Shown piece after piece: positions 9,875 through 19,873 of a stretch of DNA of 64,000 nucleotides. The DNA is from a virus. The notes beneath the pieces were generated by a model, which saw nothing but the letters and a program-made list of their open reading frames with translations, was not told the DNA's origin and did not search any database. The stretch covers positions 18,406 through 82,405 of the IMG/VR virus record IMGVR_UViG_3300006947_000007; one strand, written 5' to 3'. The position numbers and the translations under genes were made by a program. Position 1 is the first letter of the stretch. Each line of letters starts with the position of its first letter.

Positions 9875-10500
9875 TATATCATATTGCTGTGGTCTAATAC
9901 ATAACCCACAGAATCCTTATTAAGCAAAACGTTAAGTACAACCATAGTCATATTATCATAGCCACAGTTAAATAGCAAATGCTGTTTACATGTATTTACA
10001 AAATACGTAGATCCGTAGTCCCAATGAAGAACTTTATCTTCTATCATCATGTAACTGTGTACTGGATTCATATTTTCTAATGGAATTAAAAGCCTAAATG
10101 AGTCTATATCTGTTCCGTAATTATCAATGTGTGCTGGAAAATATCCACCCGGTCGTAACTGTAATATATGGCATCTTATTAAGTGTTCTTTAATAGGATC
10201 TAATGTATCCTTAAATATGTCATAGACGGGTGTAGGTGTTTTAAAGTCACGTTCAGATAATGACGTGCCACACAAAGTGTTGTACTGTAGTAAGCTATCT
10301 AAGTCTGGTCCAGCACCTAGTTTGCCATCTAGATTTGTTATACTTAGACCCCACCTGTTGTTAACTGTACGTGGATTGTAGCGTGTATAATCATTTTCGT
10401 AGGGTAGTAGCTGTTCTAACGTATTATAAGGATTAATATCTTTATTAAGTTGAAACTGATCACCATATGCTGTTAAGGTGTTGTACAGTTGGAAGCTCAC
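9874..10500 (-). CDS. aspartyl/asparaginyl beta-hydroxylase-like 2OG-Fe(II) oxygenase
   Basis: PGGYFPAHID, RLLIPL, NTCKQHLLFN. Confidence 0.7.
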   Translation of the reverse strand: MSFQLYNTLTAYGDQFQLNKDINPYNTLEQLLPYENDYTRYNPRTVNNRWGLSITNLDGKLGAGPDLDSLLQYNTLCGTSLSERDFKTPTPVYDIFKDTLDPIKEHLIRCHILQLRPGGYFPAHIDNYGTDIDSFRLLIPLENMNPVHSYMMIEDKVLHWDYGSTYFVNTCKQHLLFNCGYDNMTMVVLNVLLNKDSVGYVLDHSNMI

Positions 10501-11423
10501 GTTGTGCTAATTTGTGCTAGTTCAACTAATGTTGCTGACAGATTGATCTCAGGATCACTTACCATACTATGGTTAACTAGTCCTTTTCTAATAACGAGAA
10601 TAGCTTCGTCTTCTCCCTCTGCTGTAGGACTCCATAACTCTAAGTTATCGTACATCCAACGAAATAAGTCTTCCATTTCGTCTGCTCGTACTTGACTACA
10701 CAACAACTGCCTTGCTTCTCTAATCTTACCAGACTTAATCATATCAACCATTTGTAGTCTATAATCTGCTGTGCTATTGTCTGCTTCTTGCGGACTTTGT
10801 AATACACCGTCAACTGTATTCATTTGACATAAGTTTAAACATTTTCTTAGATCTGGATACGTTGCTTTTACATAACTGTCAAGCACATCTAGTTCCACTT
10901 CAACACCTTCTGTTACTAGTACTGTTGCTACTCTAGTTGTAAAGTCTGTTTGATCTAGTTTCTCTATATGAAAACCCTGGCACCTACTATGTAGTGCCGG
11001 AATAACCCTGTTAGGATAGTTACAGGTTAAAATAAATCTTGCTGTGCTGGCATACATTTCCATAACACCACGTAGGGCCGCTTGACCGTTTGGGCTAATG
11101 TAATCTGCTTCGTCTAGTAATACAACTTTAAAGTCACCAAATGGCATTGTTTGTACAAAGCCTGTGATCTTATCTCTAATTGTATCTACAGAGTTTTCTC
11201 GACTAGCATTAATCTCTAGGATGTCATATTGATCTACATCTAGTACATTTAATAATACCTTTGCCAATGTAGTCTTGCCAACGCCAGGAGCACCACTAAA
11301 CAATAAATGCGGTATTGTTTTTTCTGTTACCCAGCTTTGTACTTGTTTACGCTGTGCTTCATCTCTGAACACGTAATCTTCAATTACTGCTGGCCTATAC
11401 TTTTCAGTCCAAAGTTCTCTCAT
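10497..11423 (-). CDS. clamp loader ATPase subunit (RFC small subunit / gp44-like)
   Basis: WTEKYRP, GAPGVGKTT, LLDEAD, SRC motif. Confidence 0.93.
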   Translation of the reverse strand: MRELWTEKYRPAVIEDYVFRDEAQRKQVQSWVTEKTIPHLLFSGAPGVGKTTLAKVLLNVLDVDQYDILEINASRENSVDTIRDKITGFVQTMPFGDFKVVLLDEADYISPNGQAALRGVMEMYASTARFILTCNYPNRVIPALHSRCQGFHIEKLDQTDFTTRVATVLVTEGVEVELDVLDSYVKATYPDLRKCLNLCQMNTVDGVLQSPQEADNSTADYRLQMVDMIKSGKIREARQLLCSQVRADEMEDLFRWMYDNLELWSPTAEGEDEAILVIRKGLVNHSMVSDPEINLSATLVELAQISTT

Positions 11424-11477
11424 TATTCTCCCCAGTTTACAAATAGTTTTAGATTTTTCTTTCCCATTATATTTCTG

Positions 11478-11909
11478 CTACTCTGACATCAACATTGGAT
11501 TTTTTGGAACAAAGGTTGAGATAGATCCTGCTACCTCTTCTGGCTCTTTGTCTGATACAGCGAGTATTTCTTTTGGGTCTACACGCCTCAACTTTACAAC
11601 TGCGCCAGTATCAGGATCTTCTACATCGATACCCCTACTCCAGCGACCGTGGCTGATGAGTATCCATTCGCCTATTTCGTAGTCATCTTTGTTGTCAGGA
11701 CCTTTAGCAAATACTCGACCCCAACGTGGTTTAATTCCCTCGTCTTTGCCGTCGTCTGATTGAAGAATAATTCCACCTTTAGTAGTCCTTGCTTCGAAGT
11801 TCATCTCTTCGATAATAACATTATCTTTTATGGGTATAAGTTTACCCTTAATAGCATGATATTGGGTAACCTTACCACCCATCTTACCTGCATCAAAATT
11901 TGGTATCAT
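11478..11909 (-). CDS. groES: co-chaperonin GroES
   Basis: LIPIKDNVII...TKGGIIL...GRVFAKGP pattern. Confidence 0.8.
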   Translation of the reverse strand: MIPNFDAGKMGGKVTQYHAIKGKLIPIKDNVIIEEMNFEARTTKGGIILQSDDGKDEGIKPRWGRVFAKGPDNKDDYEIGEWILISHGRWSRGIDVEDPDTGAVVKLRRVDPKEILAVSDKEPEEVAGSISTFVPKNPMLMSE

Positions 11910-12835
11910 ACTGCTTCTTCCTCCTCAAATAATTGTTCCTGAATAGCTTTTCGTTCTTTTTCAACACTACTAGGAACTGTTTTAGTTTCTTTAATTGCTA
12001 CTTGACTCGTATAAGAATCAGTTAATAAACTTTTATGTATAAAGAATCTTTCCATCTTCCGTGTATAATGATCCCATTTAGTTCCAACATCGGTGCCATC
12101 TGCTAATGTAATAACAAAGTCCCTTGCTAAGAACCAATCATAAATATCCTGGCAACTGTACCCAAACCGTTCAGGTTGTCCATGTACCATTTCTAGTTGA
12201 ACAATAGGTTTTTGATTTACTATTGTTTGTTCAGCACCTAGTACTACTGGAAACTCGTACCCTTCTGTGTCAACTTTAATAATGTCAACGTCTTTAAAAT
12301 CATACGAGTCTAGTGTGTTAACCTTAATAGTTACCTTCTCTGGCTCTATTGTTCTACGTCTTGCTTTGCCGCTTGGCAATGGAACATCAATATTTTCTAT
12401 ATGATTGTGACCAGCATTGTCTTTCTTAATTAGTATCTCAAATTGGCCTTTTGCGTCACCTAGGCCACGATTGTATGTACTAATATTGCCTGTAGTTTCT
12501 AACGATTCAGATTGATACCAGGATTTAATCATTTGGTCATCAGTCTGTGCTTGGGCTAATACAATATTTCTAAGTGCCATATTGTATGTTTGGGGAGTAG
12601 GCTCAAATCCGTGAACGTCTTTGGCCCATGTTGAATATTCTATACTGTTCATACCAATGTTCATACCTACATCTAATATAGTACGAGCATTTGGTTTTAA
12701 CTCTCTTAGTCTTAATAAGTTTTGTTTTTGATACGGACCAGCATTTGCTATTCGTTGTTGATAAAAAACATCATCCTTATAGATCCAATATTGTCTCCCA
12801 ATGGCGTTTGTTACTAGTTCTTCAATATAATTCAT
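11906..12835 (-). CDS. FkbM-family SAM methyltransferase
   Basis: LDVGMNIG, GFEP, IKVDTEGYE; start set at ATG 8 nt after GAGGG. Confidence 0.85.
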   Translation of the reverse strand: MNYIEELVTNAIGRQYWIYKDDVFYQQRIANAGPYQKQNLLRLRELKPNARTILDVGMNIGMNSIEYSTWAKDVHGFEPTPQTYNMALRNIVLAQAQTDDQMIKSWYQSESLETTGNISTYNRGLGDAKGQFEILIKKDNAGHNHIENIDVPLPSGKARRRTIEPEKVTIKVNTLDSYDFKDVDIIKVDTEGYEFPVVLGAEQTIVNQKPIVQLEMVHGQPERFGYSCQDIYDWFLARDFVITLADGTDVGTKWDHYTRKMERFFIHKSLLTDSYTSQVAIKETKTVPSSVEKERKAIQEQLFEEEEAV

Positions 12836-12863
12836 TAACATACCCTCTTGTGTTATAACTTTT

Positions 12864-12892
12864 ATTATAACACTATTTGGTTTGATTGTCAA
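12864..12892 (-). promoter_or_regulatory. sigma70-type promoter
   Basis: Perfect TTGACA-N17-TATAAT. Confidence 0.75.
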
Positions 12893-12927
12893 CCATATTT
12901 TAGCTTGTTTTTAAGTTTCTGTTCGTT

Positions 12928-14136
12928 CTAAACTAGTTTATTTTTATCAAATTCAGCGGCTTCTTCCGAGCCTCCGGTAGCACTACCTTTACTATAAGAG
13001 TGAGCACCCATACCTGCTAGTTGGCCGTTTTGTACAATTAAATATGGATCTCTAATTGGAGTTCCATCAAAGAAACATTCTAGTATTTCTCTAACTCCAT
13101 CAGCATATCTTGTTTGTGCTGATAGTGAAGTACCTGAAGTATGTGGCGTCATACCGTGATTAGGCATTGTTCGCCATACATGATCATTAGGTGCTGGTTG
13201 TGGGAACCAAACGTCTCCTGCATAGCCACTTAACTGTCCTGACTCTAGTCCTCTAGCGATAGCATCTTTATCACATATCTTACCACGTGCTGTATTAATT
13301 ATATAAGCACCTTTTTTACACTTAGCAATCAACTCATCATTAAACATGTGTTCAGTTTCAGGGTGTAGTGGACAGCTAATGTTAATAACATCACAAACAG
13401 CAACTAAAGATTCTACTGTTTCGTGGAAAGTAAGATTTAACTCTTGCTCTACTGATTCAGGTAACCTATGTCGGTCCATGTAATGTAAATGTACATCAAA
13501 TGGTTTCATTTTTCGTAGCACATCAATACCAATACGTCCTGCCGCGATAGTACCTATGTTCATACCTTCAACGTCATAACTTCTTTTAACAGCGTCAGCA
13601 ATATGCCAACCGCCTTCGTTGACTATCTTGTATTGTGTGTGGTAATCTCTAACCATTGATAGTATCATCATAACGATATGTTCTGCTACACTTCTACTGT
13701 TACAGTATGTAACTTCAGTTACATCAATGTTATGATCCATTGCCGCTTCTAAATCTACATGATCAGATCCAATACCTGCTGTGATTGCCATCTTTAAGTT
13801 AGGTGCTGATTCCATTTTTTCTCTTGTTACATAGTAAGGCCAAAATGGTTGTGATATAACAATATCAGCATCAACTAATTCTTTGTCTGCTGTACAGCCT
13901 TCACCGTCTTTGTCACTAGTAACTACCAGTGTATGTCCTAGATCTTCTAAATACTTTCGTAGTCCTAACTCACCTGACACACATCCTAATAATTCCCCAG
14001 GAGTAAAATCTCTACCCTTTGGACTTGGTAATGTCATTCCATCTGGATATTTTTCTATTACTGGTAAATCGCTTAGTGGATAGCTTGTTGGCATACCATC
14101 TGTCGGGTCGTCATATAAAACACATAATATTTTCAT
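12928..14136 (-). CDS. fdh: NAD-dependent formate dehydrogenase
   Basis: KILCVLYDDP, ELLGCVSGELGLR, ISQPFWP, GIGSDH, AAGRIG, NTARG, GDVWFPQPAP, TPHTSG: full-length metal-independent FDH. Confidence 0.95.
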   Translation of the reverse strand: MKILCVLYDDPTDGMPTSYPLSDLPVIEKYPDGMTLPSPKGRDFTPGELLGCVSGELGLRKYLEDLGHTLVVTSDKDGEGCTADKELVDADIVISQPFWPYYVTREKMESAPNLKMAITAGIGSDHVDLEAAMDHNIDVTEVTYCNSRSVAEHIVMMILSMVRDYHTQYKIVNEGGWHIADAVKRSYDVEGMNIGTIAAGRIGIDVLRKMKPFDVHLHYMDRHRLPESVEQELNLTFHETVESLVAVCDVINISCPLHPETEHMFNDELIAKCKKGAYIINTARGKICDKDAIARGLESGQLSGYAGDVWFPQPAPNDHVWRTMPNHGMTPHTSGTSLSAQTRYADGVREILECFFDGTPIRDPYLIVQNGQLAGMGAHSYSKGSATGGSEEAAEFDKNKLV

Positions 14137-14813
14137 ATTCTTTTAACTCCTGACTTGGCTTTAATTTCTTGAGTTTCTGTCTTTTCTTTAACAACAGGTG
14201 TTGTTGTCTTAACCTTTGCTACTGCTGATGCTAGTCCACCACGAGGTGCTGTTTCTTCAACTGCTTTTCCAGTTGAACTAGCAATCTCATCTTGGGCTTC
14301 TTCTGCCGTAGCATCTTCAGTAGGTGCTGACGTTGGAACATTCATATTACTAGATGATAGTTCTACTTGTCTTTTTACTACCTGTGGTGCTTGTTCGAGT
14401 GTTTCTGTTGGTGCTAATACTTCAGCCGCCGCACTTTTTAAAGCAGGTTCTTCTTTAACTTCGACTGCCGTTTCGGCTAGTGCTTTTGCTAGTTGTTCGC
14501 TACTAATAATTTGGTCAGTATCATCTGCTTCTATAGTAGGAGTAGAGTCTGCTGTAATTGGTGAGTCCATTGGGCCATCTTGGTCATCCGGTACTGGCAT
14601 AGTATCGTCAGTTGGTATAACACCATTATGAATCCTATAATAGTCTGCCATCACTTCTTCACGTTTTTGTACAACATCACCACCGGGTCCTAACCTATCG
14701 CCACGAGCATTAACGCTCATATTTCCAACAGCAATAGTTTCTTCACCTTTAAGAGACAATGTATCAAAGTCTATTCGTTTGCCGCTTGCTGTTTTGTATT
14801 CTTTTTTTGCCAT
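14133..14813 (-). CDS. hypothetical phage protein with low-complexity acidic C-terminal half
   Basis: AVGNMSVNARGDRLGPGG; GGAG RBS; ATAAGTA motif upstream. Confidence 0.6.
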   Translation of the reverse strand: MAKKEYKTASGKRIDFDTLSLKGEETIAVGNMSVNARGDRLGPGGDVVQKREEVMADYYRIHNGVIPTDDTMPVPDDQDGPMDSPITADSTPTIEADDTDQIISSEQLAKALAETAVEVKEEPALKSAAAEVLAPTETLEQAPQVVKRQVELSSSNMNVPTSAPTEDATAEEAQDEIASSTGKAVEETAPRGGLASAVAKVKTTTPVVKEKTETQEIKAKSGVKRI

Positions 14814-14851
14814 TATATTATCTCCGGTTATATATATATATTATGTACTTA

Positions 14852-15361
14852 TTATCGCAGAAACTCTGAGAAGTCTAAACTGTAATATATTGGATTAATC
14901 CTATTAATTCCAATTTTGTATAATACAAAACTAGACACACTAGATCCTCTGCCTACTCCCCAAACTATATTATGTTTCCTCATAGTTTCTACTAGGTAGT
15001 ACATGAAATTTAACAATGGCAATAAGTTACGTTCTTGGAAAGCCAATAGTTCTTCACCTGCCCGTTGTAGCTCTGTGTCACTGTCACATTGTTCTAATAC
15101 CCACTTTGATATGTCAAAATCTATATATTCTTTGGGCATAAACCAGTTGCTTTGGTTATTTTTATCAAATTCTTCTACACTAATATCCAAAGGTACATAC
15201 TGCTTTAACTTTGGAACATCACTATATAATTCCTCTACTGCTTTGTTAAACTTAATAGAGTCCTCAATGATAATAGTATTTAGGTCTATCTTTGGATTAG
15301 CATAGATTATTTTTATAGCCTCTGCTTCGTTTAAATAAACTCGCCCGTAATGATCTTTCAT
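14852..15361 (-). CDS. DNA polymerase III alpha (DnaE) fragment
   Basis: WGVGRGSSVSSFVLYKIGI...LDFSEFLR; ends before the PDIDxD catalytic motif. Confidence 0.8.
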   Translation of the reverse strand: MKDHYGRVYLNEAEAIKIIYANPKIDLNTIIIEDSIKFNKAVEELYSDVPKLKQYVPLDISVEEFDKNNQSNWFMPKEYIDFDISKWVLEQCDSDTELQRAGEELLAFQERNLLPLLNFMYYLVETMRKHNIVWGVGRGSSVSSFVLYKIGINRINPIYYSLDFSEFLR

Positions 15362-15367
15362 ACTAGT

Positions 15368-15396
15368 ATTATACAATATTACAAGTTAAAAGTCAA
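15368..15396 (-). promoter_or_regulatory. sigma70-type promoter, probably leaderless transcript
   Basis: TTGACT-N17-TATAAT-N6-ATG. Confidence 0.7.
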
Positions 15397-15543
15397 GTAC
15401 TTTTTACTGTACCAATCTTTAAACTCTAGGTCTTGTTCCATTTCCTGTATAACTTGCTTTGCTGACAGTTGATCAGATCTAATGCAGTCAGCTAAATTTT
15501 GATAACGTCTTTCTTTGAGCAATTGTTGTTCGTTGGTTGTCAT
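15379..15543 (-). CDS. small hypothetical protein (54 aa, MTTNEQQLLKERRYQNLADCIRSDQ...)
   Basis: AGGAG RBS, fills gap in operon; not in ORF track. Confidence 0.6.
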   Translation of the reverse strand: MTTNEQQLLKERRYQNLADCIRSDQLSAKQVIQEMEQDLEFKDWYSKKYLTFNL

Positions 15544-15545
15544 AG

Positions 15546-15812
15546 TTATTCTCCTACATCTATAGAGTTTACTTGCTCCGGGTCTGTGTTCGCGTCGTAA
15601 TCGGGTGCTTCGGTCTTTTTAACCCTTAACATGTCTGTACTACGTCTAGCTAATGCTTCTGAAGTTTCCATGATCATAATACCAACTTGATTACATACTG
15701 ACTGGTTACCTGATTGTCTAGCACCGACCATACGAGCATTTAACTTACTTAATCTTGTAGTTAGATCGTCTATGCTTAATTCATTTAAGTCAGGTGTTAG
15801 TGGGTTATACAT
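15546..15812 (-). CDS. hypothetical protein
   Basis: Coupled ORF. Confidence 0.6.
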   Translation of the reverse strand: MYNPLTPDLNELSIDDLTTRLSKLNARMVGARQSGNQSVCNQVGIMIMETSEALARRSTDMLRVKKTEAPDYDANTDPEQVNSIDVGE

Positions 15813-16225
15813 TACAGATCGCCATCCTTACGATTTTCGCTATAATATACATCAAAGTCTCCATCTGGGTAACGCGATTCTAATTTGTGTACATTTTCTG
15901 CTATTACTTCATTAGGGTCCAAACCCAATGCCCTACAACTAGTAATCCAATACCAAATAATATCGCCCAACTCTCGTTTAGCATGAAAGATTGTGTCTGC
16001 ATCCAATGGCTTACCTTGGAATATACATTTTTTAACAATTTCACTGAACTCTCCTCCTTCTGATGCCATACCGATAGCACCTGTTAGTAACGAAGCCATA
16101 TGAACACCGCTACTCTCTTCTAATGTATTTAATTGTTTTGTTAATGAACTTGTTTCTTTTGATTGTTCAGATGTAACTTTTTCTACGAATGCCATATAGG
16201 CGTTTAAATCGATTTGTTTTGACAT
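15812..16225 (-). CDS. MazG-like nucleotide pyrophosphohydrolase
   Basis: SEGGEFSEIVKK, RELGDIIWY, NVHKLESRY. Confidence 0.85.
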   Translation of the reverse strand: MSKQIDLNAYMAFVEKVTSEQSKETSSLTKQLNTLEESSGVHMASLLTGAIGMASEGGEFSEIVKKCIFQGKPLDADTIFHAKRELGDIIWYWITSCRALGLDPNEVIAENVHKLESRYPDGDFDVYYSENRKDGDL

Positions 16226-16315
16226 TGATTAACTCCATTAATAATCATACTATATCATAGTATAACACTAAACAGTATATAAAGTCAAGTAAAGTTTAAG
16301 AAAAAATTGGATTAA

Positions 16316-17497
16316 TTATGCTACAGTACAGCCAGTATTGGAAATTAATGCCCATCCACCTGTTGTATTGTATACTAACATAGCAGAATCGCCTACATCA
16401 TTAAATGCAAGTGTTGTTCCGTTAGCAAATGTAGTAGGAGTAAGTGTACCAACTCCACCGTCAACAACCATTGTAATGATTTTAATTTGACCGTTAGTTC
16501 CATTAGCAAGTGTTAGTGCCTCGGCACCTGTTGTAGTAACTTGTGTAATTAATGTAGTTGTATTACACGCTCCAGCACCCGATAATGCTTGTACAGATCC
16601 TGTTAAGGCACCTGTAAACATTGTTGAGTATACGTTACTAAACTTCTTGGATGTGCTACCTAGGCTTCTAGTATTAGTTGTTCCAGGTAATATGTTTCCA
16701 GTTATAGCATTGCCGCCATTTCTTAGTAGTCTATTACTTGTTGCTTCGTCGGCGTGTATATCGATCTTCTTCCAAGCACCCGAGCCAGCTGTTCCAGTAA
16801 AAGCGTAAATAGAATCACCATCTATTGCTATCTGTCCAGCAACATCACCAGCTACTCCAACACCAGACTTTGCTGACGCTGTTTGTTGTATTTGAAGTAC
16901 GTCGCCGTGTATTACGTTTGGCGCTCTGTTTAAATCTTCAATTGCTACTGTTGTTCCAGCATCTATAGTTGAGAATTTAAATCTGTATTTGCCTGTTGTA
17001 GCAAAACTAATTTGTCTGCTTGTACTATTGTAGTCAGCAAGTTCGCTAATACCTAATGTACATTGTGTAGGGAGTGTTAATTTATGAGCCGTGGAAGCCA
17101 TGTCAACTTCTACTGTTACATTACCATATTTTCCAGTTGCGGGCCAGTTGCTAAATGATAAATCTATTGTAGCACTAGATGTTACTGTTTGAAAATGTCC
17201 AGAGGAGAAATCAATTGCTACAGCACCTGCTAGTGTGCCTTTGTTAACTGTAGTCAACGACATATCTTTAAGTTCGTGATCTTCTATTAAACTGCCAGCA
17301 CCATCATTCGATAGTGAAGTACCTGTTAACGCACTCTTAACGACTGCTTTCGCTTGTAAGTCTTCTAGCTCAGTTTTTGCTGAAGTTAAACTAGTTTTAA
17401 TATTGTTAAAGTTATCTCTAAATCCCTGAGAGTCATTATCTTGCCCAGCAATTGGGAAGGTTGTGCTTATATTGTTAGGGTTAATGCTACTTGCCAT
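16316..17497 (-). CDS. virion structural protein (tail/baseplate-associated)
   Basis: GQDNDSQGFRDNF N-terminus, T/G/S/A-rich beta repeats, fibre-like GSTSKKFSNVYS repeat. Confidence 0.65.
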   Translation of the reverse strand: MASSINPNNISTTFPIAGQDNDSQGFRDNFNNIKTSLTSAKTELEDLQAKAVVKSALTGTSLSNDGAGSLIEDHELKDMSLTTVNKGTLAGAVAIDFSSGHFQTVTSSATIDLSFSNWPATGKYGNVTVEVDMASTAHKLTLPTQCTLGISELADYNSTSRQISFATTGKYRFKFSTIDAGTTVAIEDLNRAPNVIHGDVLQIQQTASAKSGVGVAGDVAGQIAIDGDSIYAFTGTAGSGAWKKIDIHADEATSNRLLRNGGNAITGNILPGTTNTRSLGSTSKKFSNVYSTMFTGALTGSVQALSGAGACNTTTLITQVTTTGAEALTLANGTNGQIKIITMVVDGGVGTLTPTTFANGTTLAFNDVGDSAMLVYNTTGGWALISNTGCTVA

Positions 17498-17521
17498 TTT
17501 TCTATTCTCCGTATACTGTAT

Positions 17522-19843
17522 TTAGTTCGGCGTGTCCATAATTGTTTCTCGTGGAAATTTGAGATATGTGTCGCCTGTGTTCCAATTTGTTTCTACGTTA
17601 TCAACATTACCAAAAAAGCTCGTATAAGCACCCTCAAACGTAGTTGTGTCACTGTCAAATGTTGTCTCTGCGGCAGTGGTCCATTTTTGAGTTGATTTAT
17701 TAAAGTTTTTACTTCTGCTGTTGTCCCAAAGTAACCGATCAACAGTAAAAGATGTCTTTTGTATTTCTTTTGTAGTGTTTGCCGCATCTAAGTAATATTT
17801 AATGTGGTTTGCCTTTGTTGGTTTGGCATAACATAGCACCACCCCCGAAACATATCCTAAAACTTTACCGTCTGCTTGTGTGCTTCTCATCCACAGCGGC
17901 AACACTCTGCTATCTTGGTACCCAATCCCGTCAACTAATACTTTTCGCATAATTTCTAGGCCACTCGGGTATAGTTTTGTTTTATTCTTAACATCACCTG
18001 TGATTAAATTAGTGTTACTTTTAGTTATCTCATCAACAGTTAATGGGGAACTATAATTGGTAATTGTAGTTGATGAGTTAGCCGTAATAGCTACATTTCC
18101 CGGAACTACTTTTCCTAGTGTATTTGTTTCTGTTATTCTATCAACTATTTCTACATAGACAACTTCATACACAACTTTATCAGTGTCTGAGTCAACTGCT
18201 TGTGCTGTTTTAATCTCGCTATAGTTTAGTTCTAACTTATAAAAGTTCTTCTGTAAAACATGCATGTACTCTGAACTCAACTTTGGTTGTAGTCCTTGTA
18301 CTAATAACATCCTAGCATCATATTGTAATCCAAACTGTGGATCACTTCGTCTATAAATTAAGTCTAATGGTATGTTGTTAGTATTTGATAATACGTTCTT
18401 CCAAATGTCTCGTTCTGCCTGTGAAGATTGGTTAACTAGGTAAACATTTTCGTATGGCTTAAAGTTCTCATTTTTTATTGTTATAGTAAACTCACGTTCG
18501 GCTCTAATATCACCACTAGCATTAATCGCCTGTATGGTTACTTTAGATGCTTTATCAAATGTTGTTAATTTCTTATCATATGATGTAGTATGGTTGTCAT
18601 TTGAAAATGTTCCAAAGCCAGGAACACCTGTTATTGTGCCATCTGTTTGTAATGTTAAGCCTTGTGGCAAGCCACTTTTTGTGCCTGCTTTAACTTTATA
18701 ATAAAAGTTTTCTAACTGTGTACTTGTTGCCTTAACCTGAAGTCGACTAGCTTCGCCACTAATAAGTGATCCTAACATAGCAGGACTAGACCAAGTTGGT
18801 GTAATATTACTATCAACAACTACATTTAACTGAAACACTTTATCAGTATAGAACGCGGCATCATCATTTTTAGAAGCTCTAACAGTAAAGTTATATTCTT
18901 TTTTAATGTCTGTTATTTGAGGTAATGACCCGCTAATCCAACCTGTTGATGAATTAATAGTTATTCCCGATGGTAATGCTCCGGCACTAATGCTATATGT
19001 TATGCCAGTAAGATCAAAGTCATGTCCTATTATGTGTACAAACCAATTATTGTTATGTAATACATTATTAAATATTGTTTCACTGTTTAGGATGATCGGA
19101 GGATGTCTAGTATCCGAGTCAGCACCAAAGGTTTCCGAATCTGCTGTTATTCCGTCAAAAGACGATCTTAAATTATTTGTGGCCCGAACATCAATTGAAA
19201 ATGTTCGTAGTGATACATCTTTACCATCTGTTAATGATACTGTAAATTCATATGCTTTACTAATAAATGTGTCAGTAAAGTCATAGCCGTATTGGTCATA
19301 ATATGTTTGGTCATAACCATCATCAGGTGTTCCTGGTATCTTTGATGGTATAATTGCTCCGTCAAGTCTTCCTGAAGAACTCATTGCAATGCCTGGTGGT
19401 AGTTCGCCCGATGATAATGTGAAAGTGTACGTATCGTCGGGGTCAGGATCATGTGCTGTTAACTGTATGTCTATATTCGTTCCGTCTTTAAATGTTCCCA
19501 AAGAGCCACCAGCTGTAATAAACATAGGAGCATCTTGTCCTGTTACTGTTAGTGAGAATGTTCTATCTGTTACAATACTATCTGCTGTTGCTCGAACGGC
19601 AAACGTGCTAGTTACATCTTGGCCAACTTCTTGCGGAATACCTGCTACATCTACCTTAGTAGTAGGTTGTCCTTCTATAACGCCATCTCGTCTAATTAAT
19701 AGTCCCGGAGGCATTGAGCCTGCGATTAGGATATAAACGATATCAGAACTGCCAGCGGTAGCTATAACTGGAAGGCTATAATACTCGTTCTCTTGGATTG
19801 TACCAAGGTGTCCTGCGGGGGTTGTCCATATGGGATTACTCAT
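17522..19843 (-). CDS. virion structural protein with Ig-like (He_PIG/cadherin) repeats, putative baseplate wedge
   Basis: Repeated GxLPxGxxxxxxGxIxG Ig-like units. Confidence 0.7.
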   Translation of the reverse strand: MSNPIWTTPAGHLGTIQENEYYSLPVIATAGSSDIVYILIAGSMPPGLLIRRDGVIEGQPTTKVDVAGIPQEVGQDVTSTFAVRATADSIVTDRTFSLTVTGQDAPMFITAGGSLGTFKDGTNIDIQLTAHDPDPDDTYTFTLSSGELPPGIAMSSSGRLDGAIIPSKIPGTPDDGYDQTYYDQYGYDFTDTFISKAYEFTVSLTDGKDVSLRTFSIDVRATNNLRSSFDGITADSETFGADSDTRHPPIILNSETIFNNVLHNNNWFVHIIGHDFDLTGITYSISAGALPSGITINSSTGWISGSLPQITDIKKEYNFTVRASKNDDAAFYTDKVFQLNVVVDSNITPTWSSPAMLGSLISGEASRLQVKATSTQLENFYYKVKAGTKSGLPQGLTLQTDGTITGVPGFGTFSNDNHTTSYDKKLTTFDKASKVTIQAINASGDIRAEREFTITIKNENFKPYENVYLVNQSSQAERDIWKNVLSNTNNIPLDLIYRRSDPQFGLQYDARMLLVQGLQPKLSSEYMHVLQKNFYKLELNYSEIKTAQAVDSDTDKVVYEVVYVEIVDRITETNTLGKVVPGNVAITANSSTTITNYSSPLTVDEITKSNTNLITGDVKNKTKLYPSGLEIMRKVLVDGIGYQDSRVLPLWMRSTQADGKVLGYVSGVVLCYAKPTKANHIKYYLDAANTTKEIQKTSFTVDRLLWDNSRSKNFNKSTQKWTTAAETTFDSDTTTFEGAYTSFFGNVDNVETNWNTGDTYLKFPRETIMDTPN

Positions 19844-19873
19844 AAAAGTATTTATCTAAATTGTTGGGTTGGA

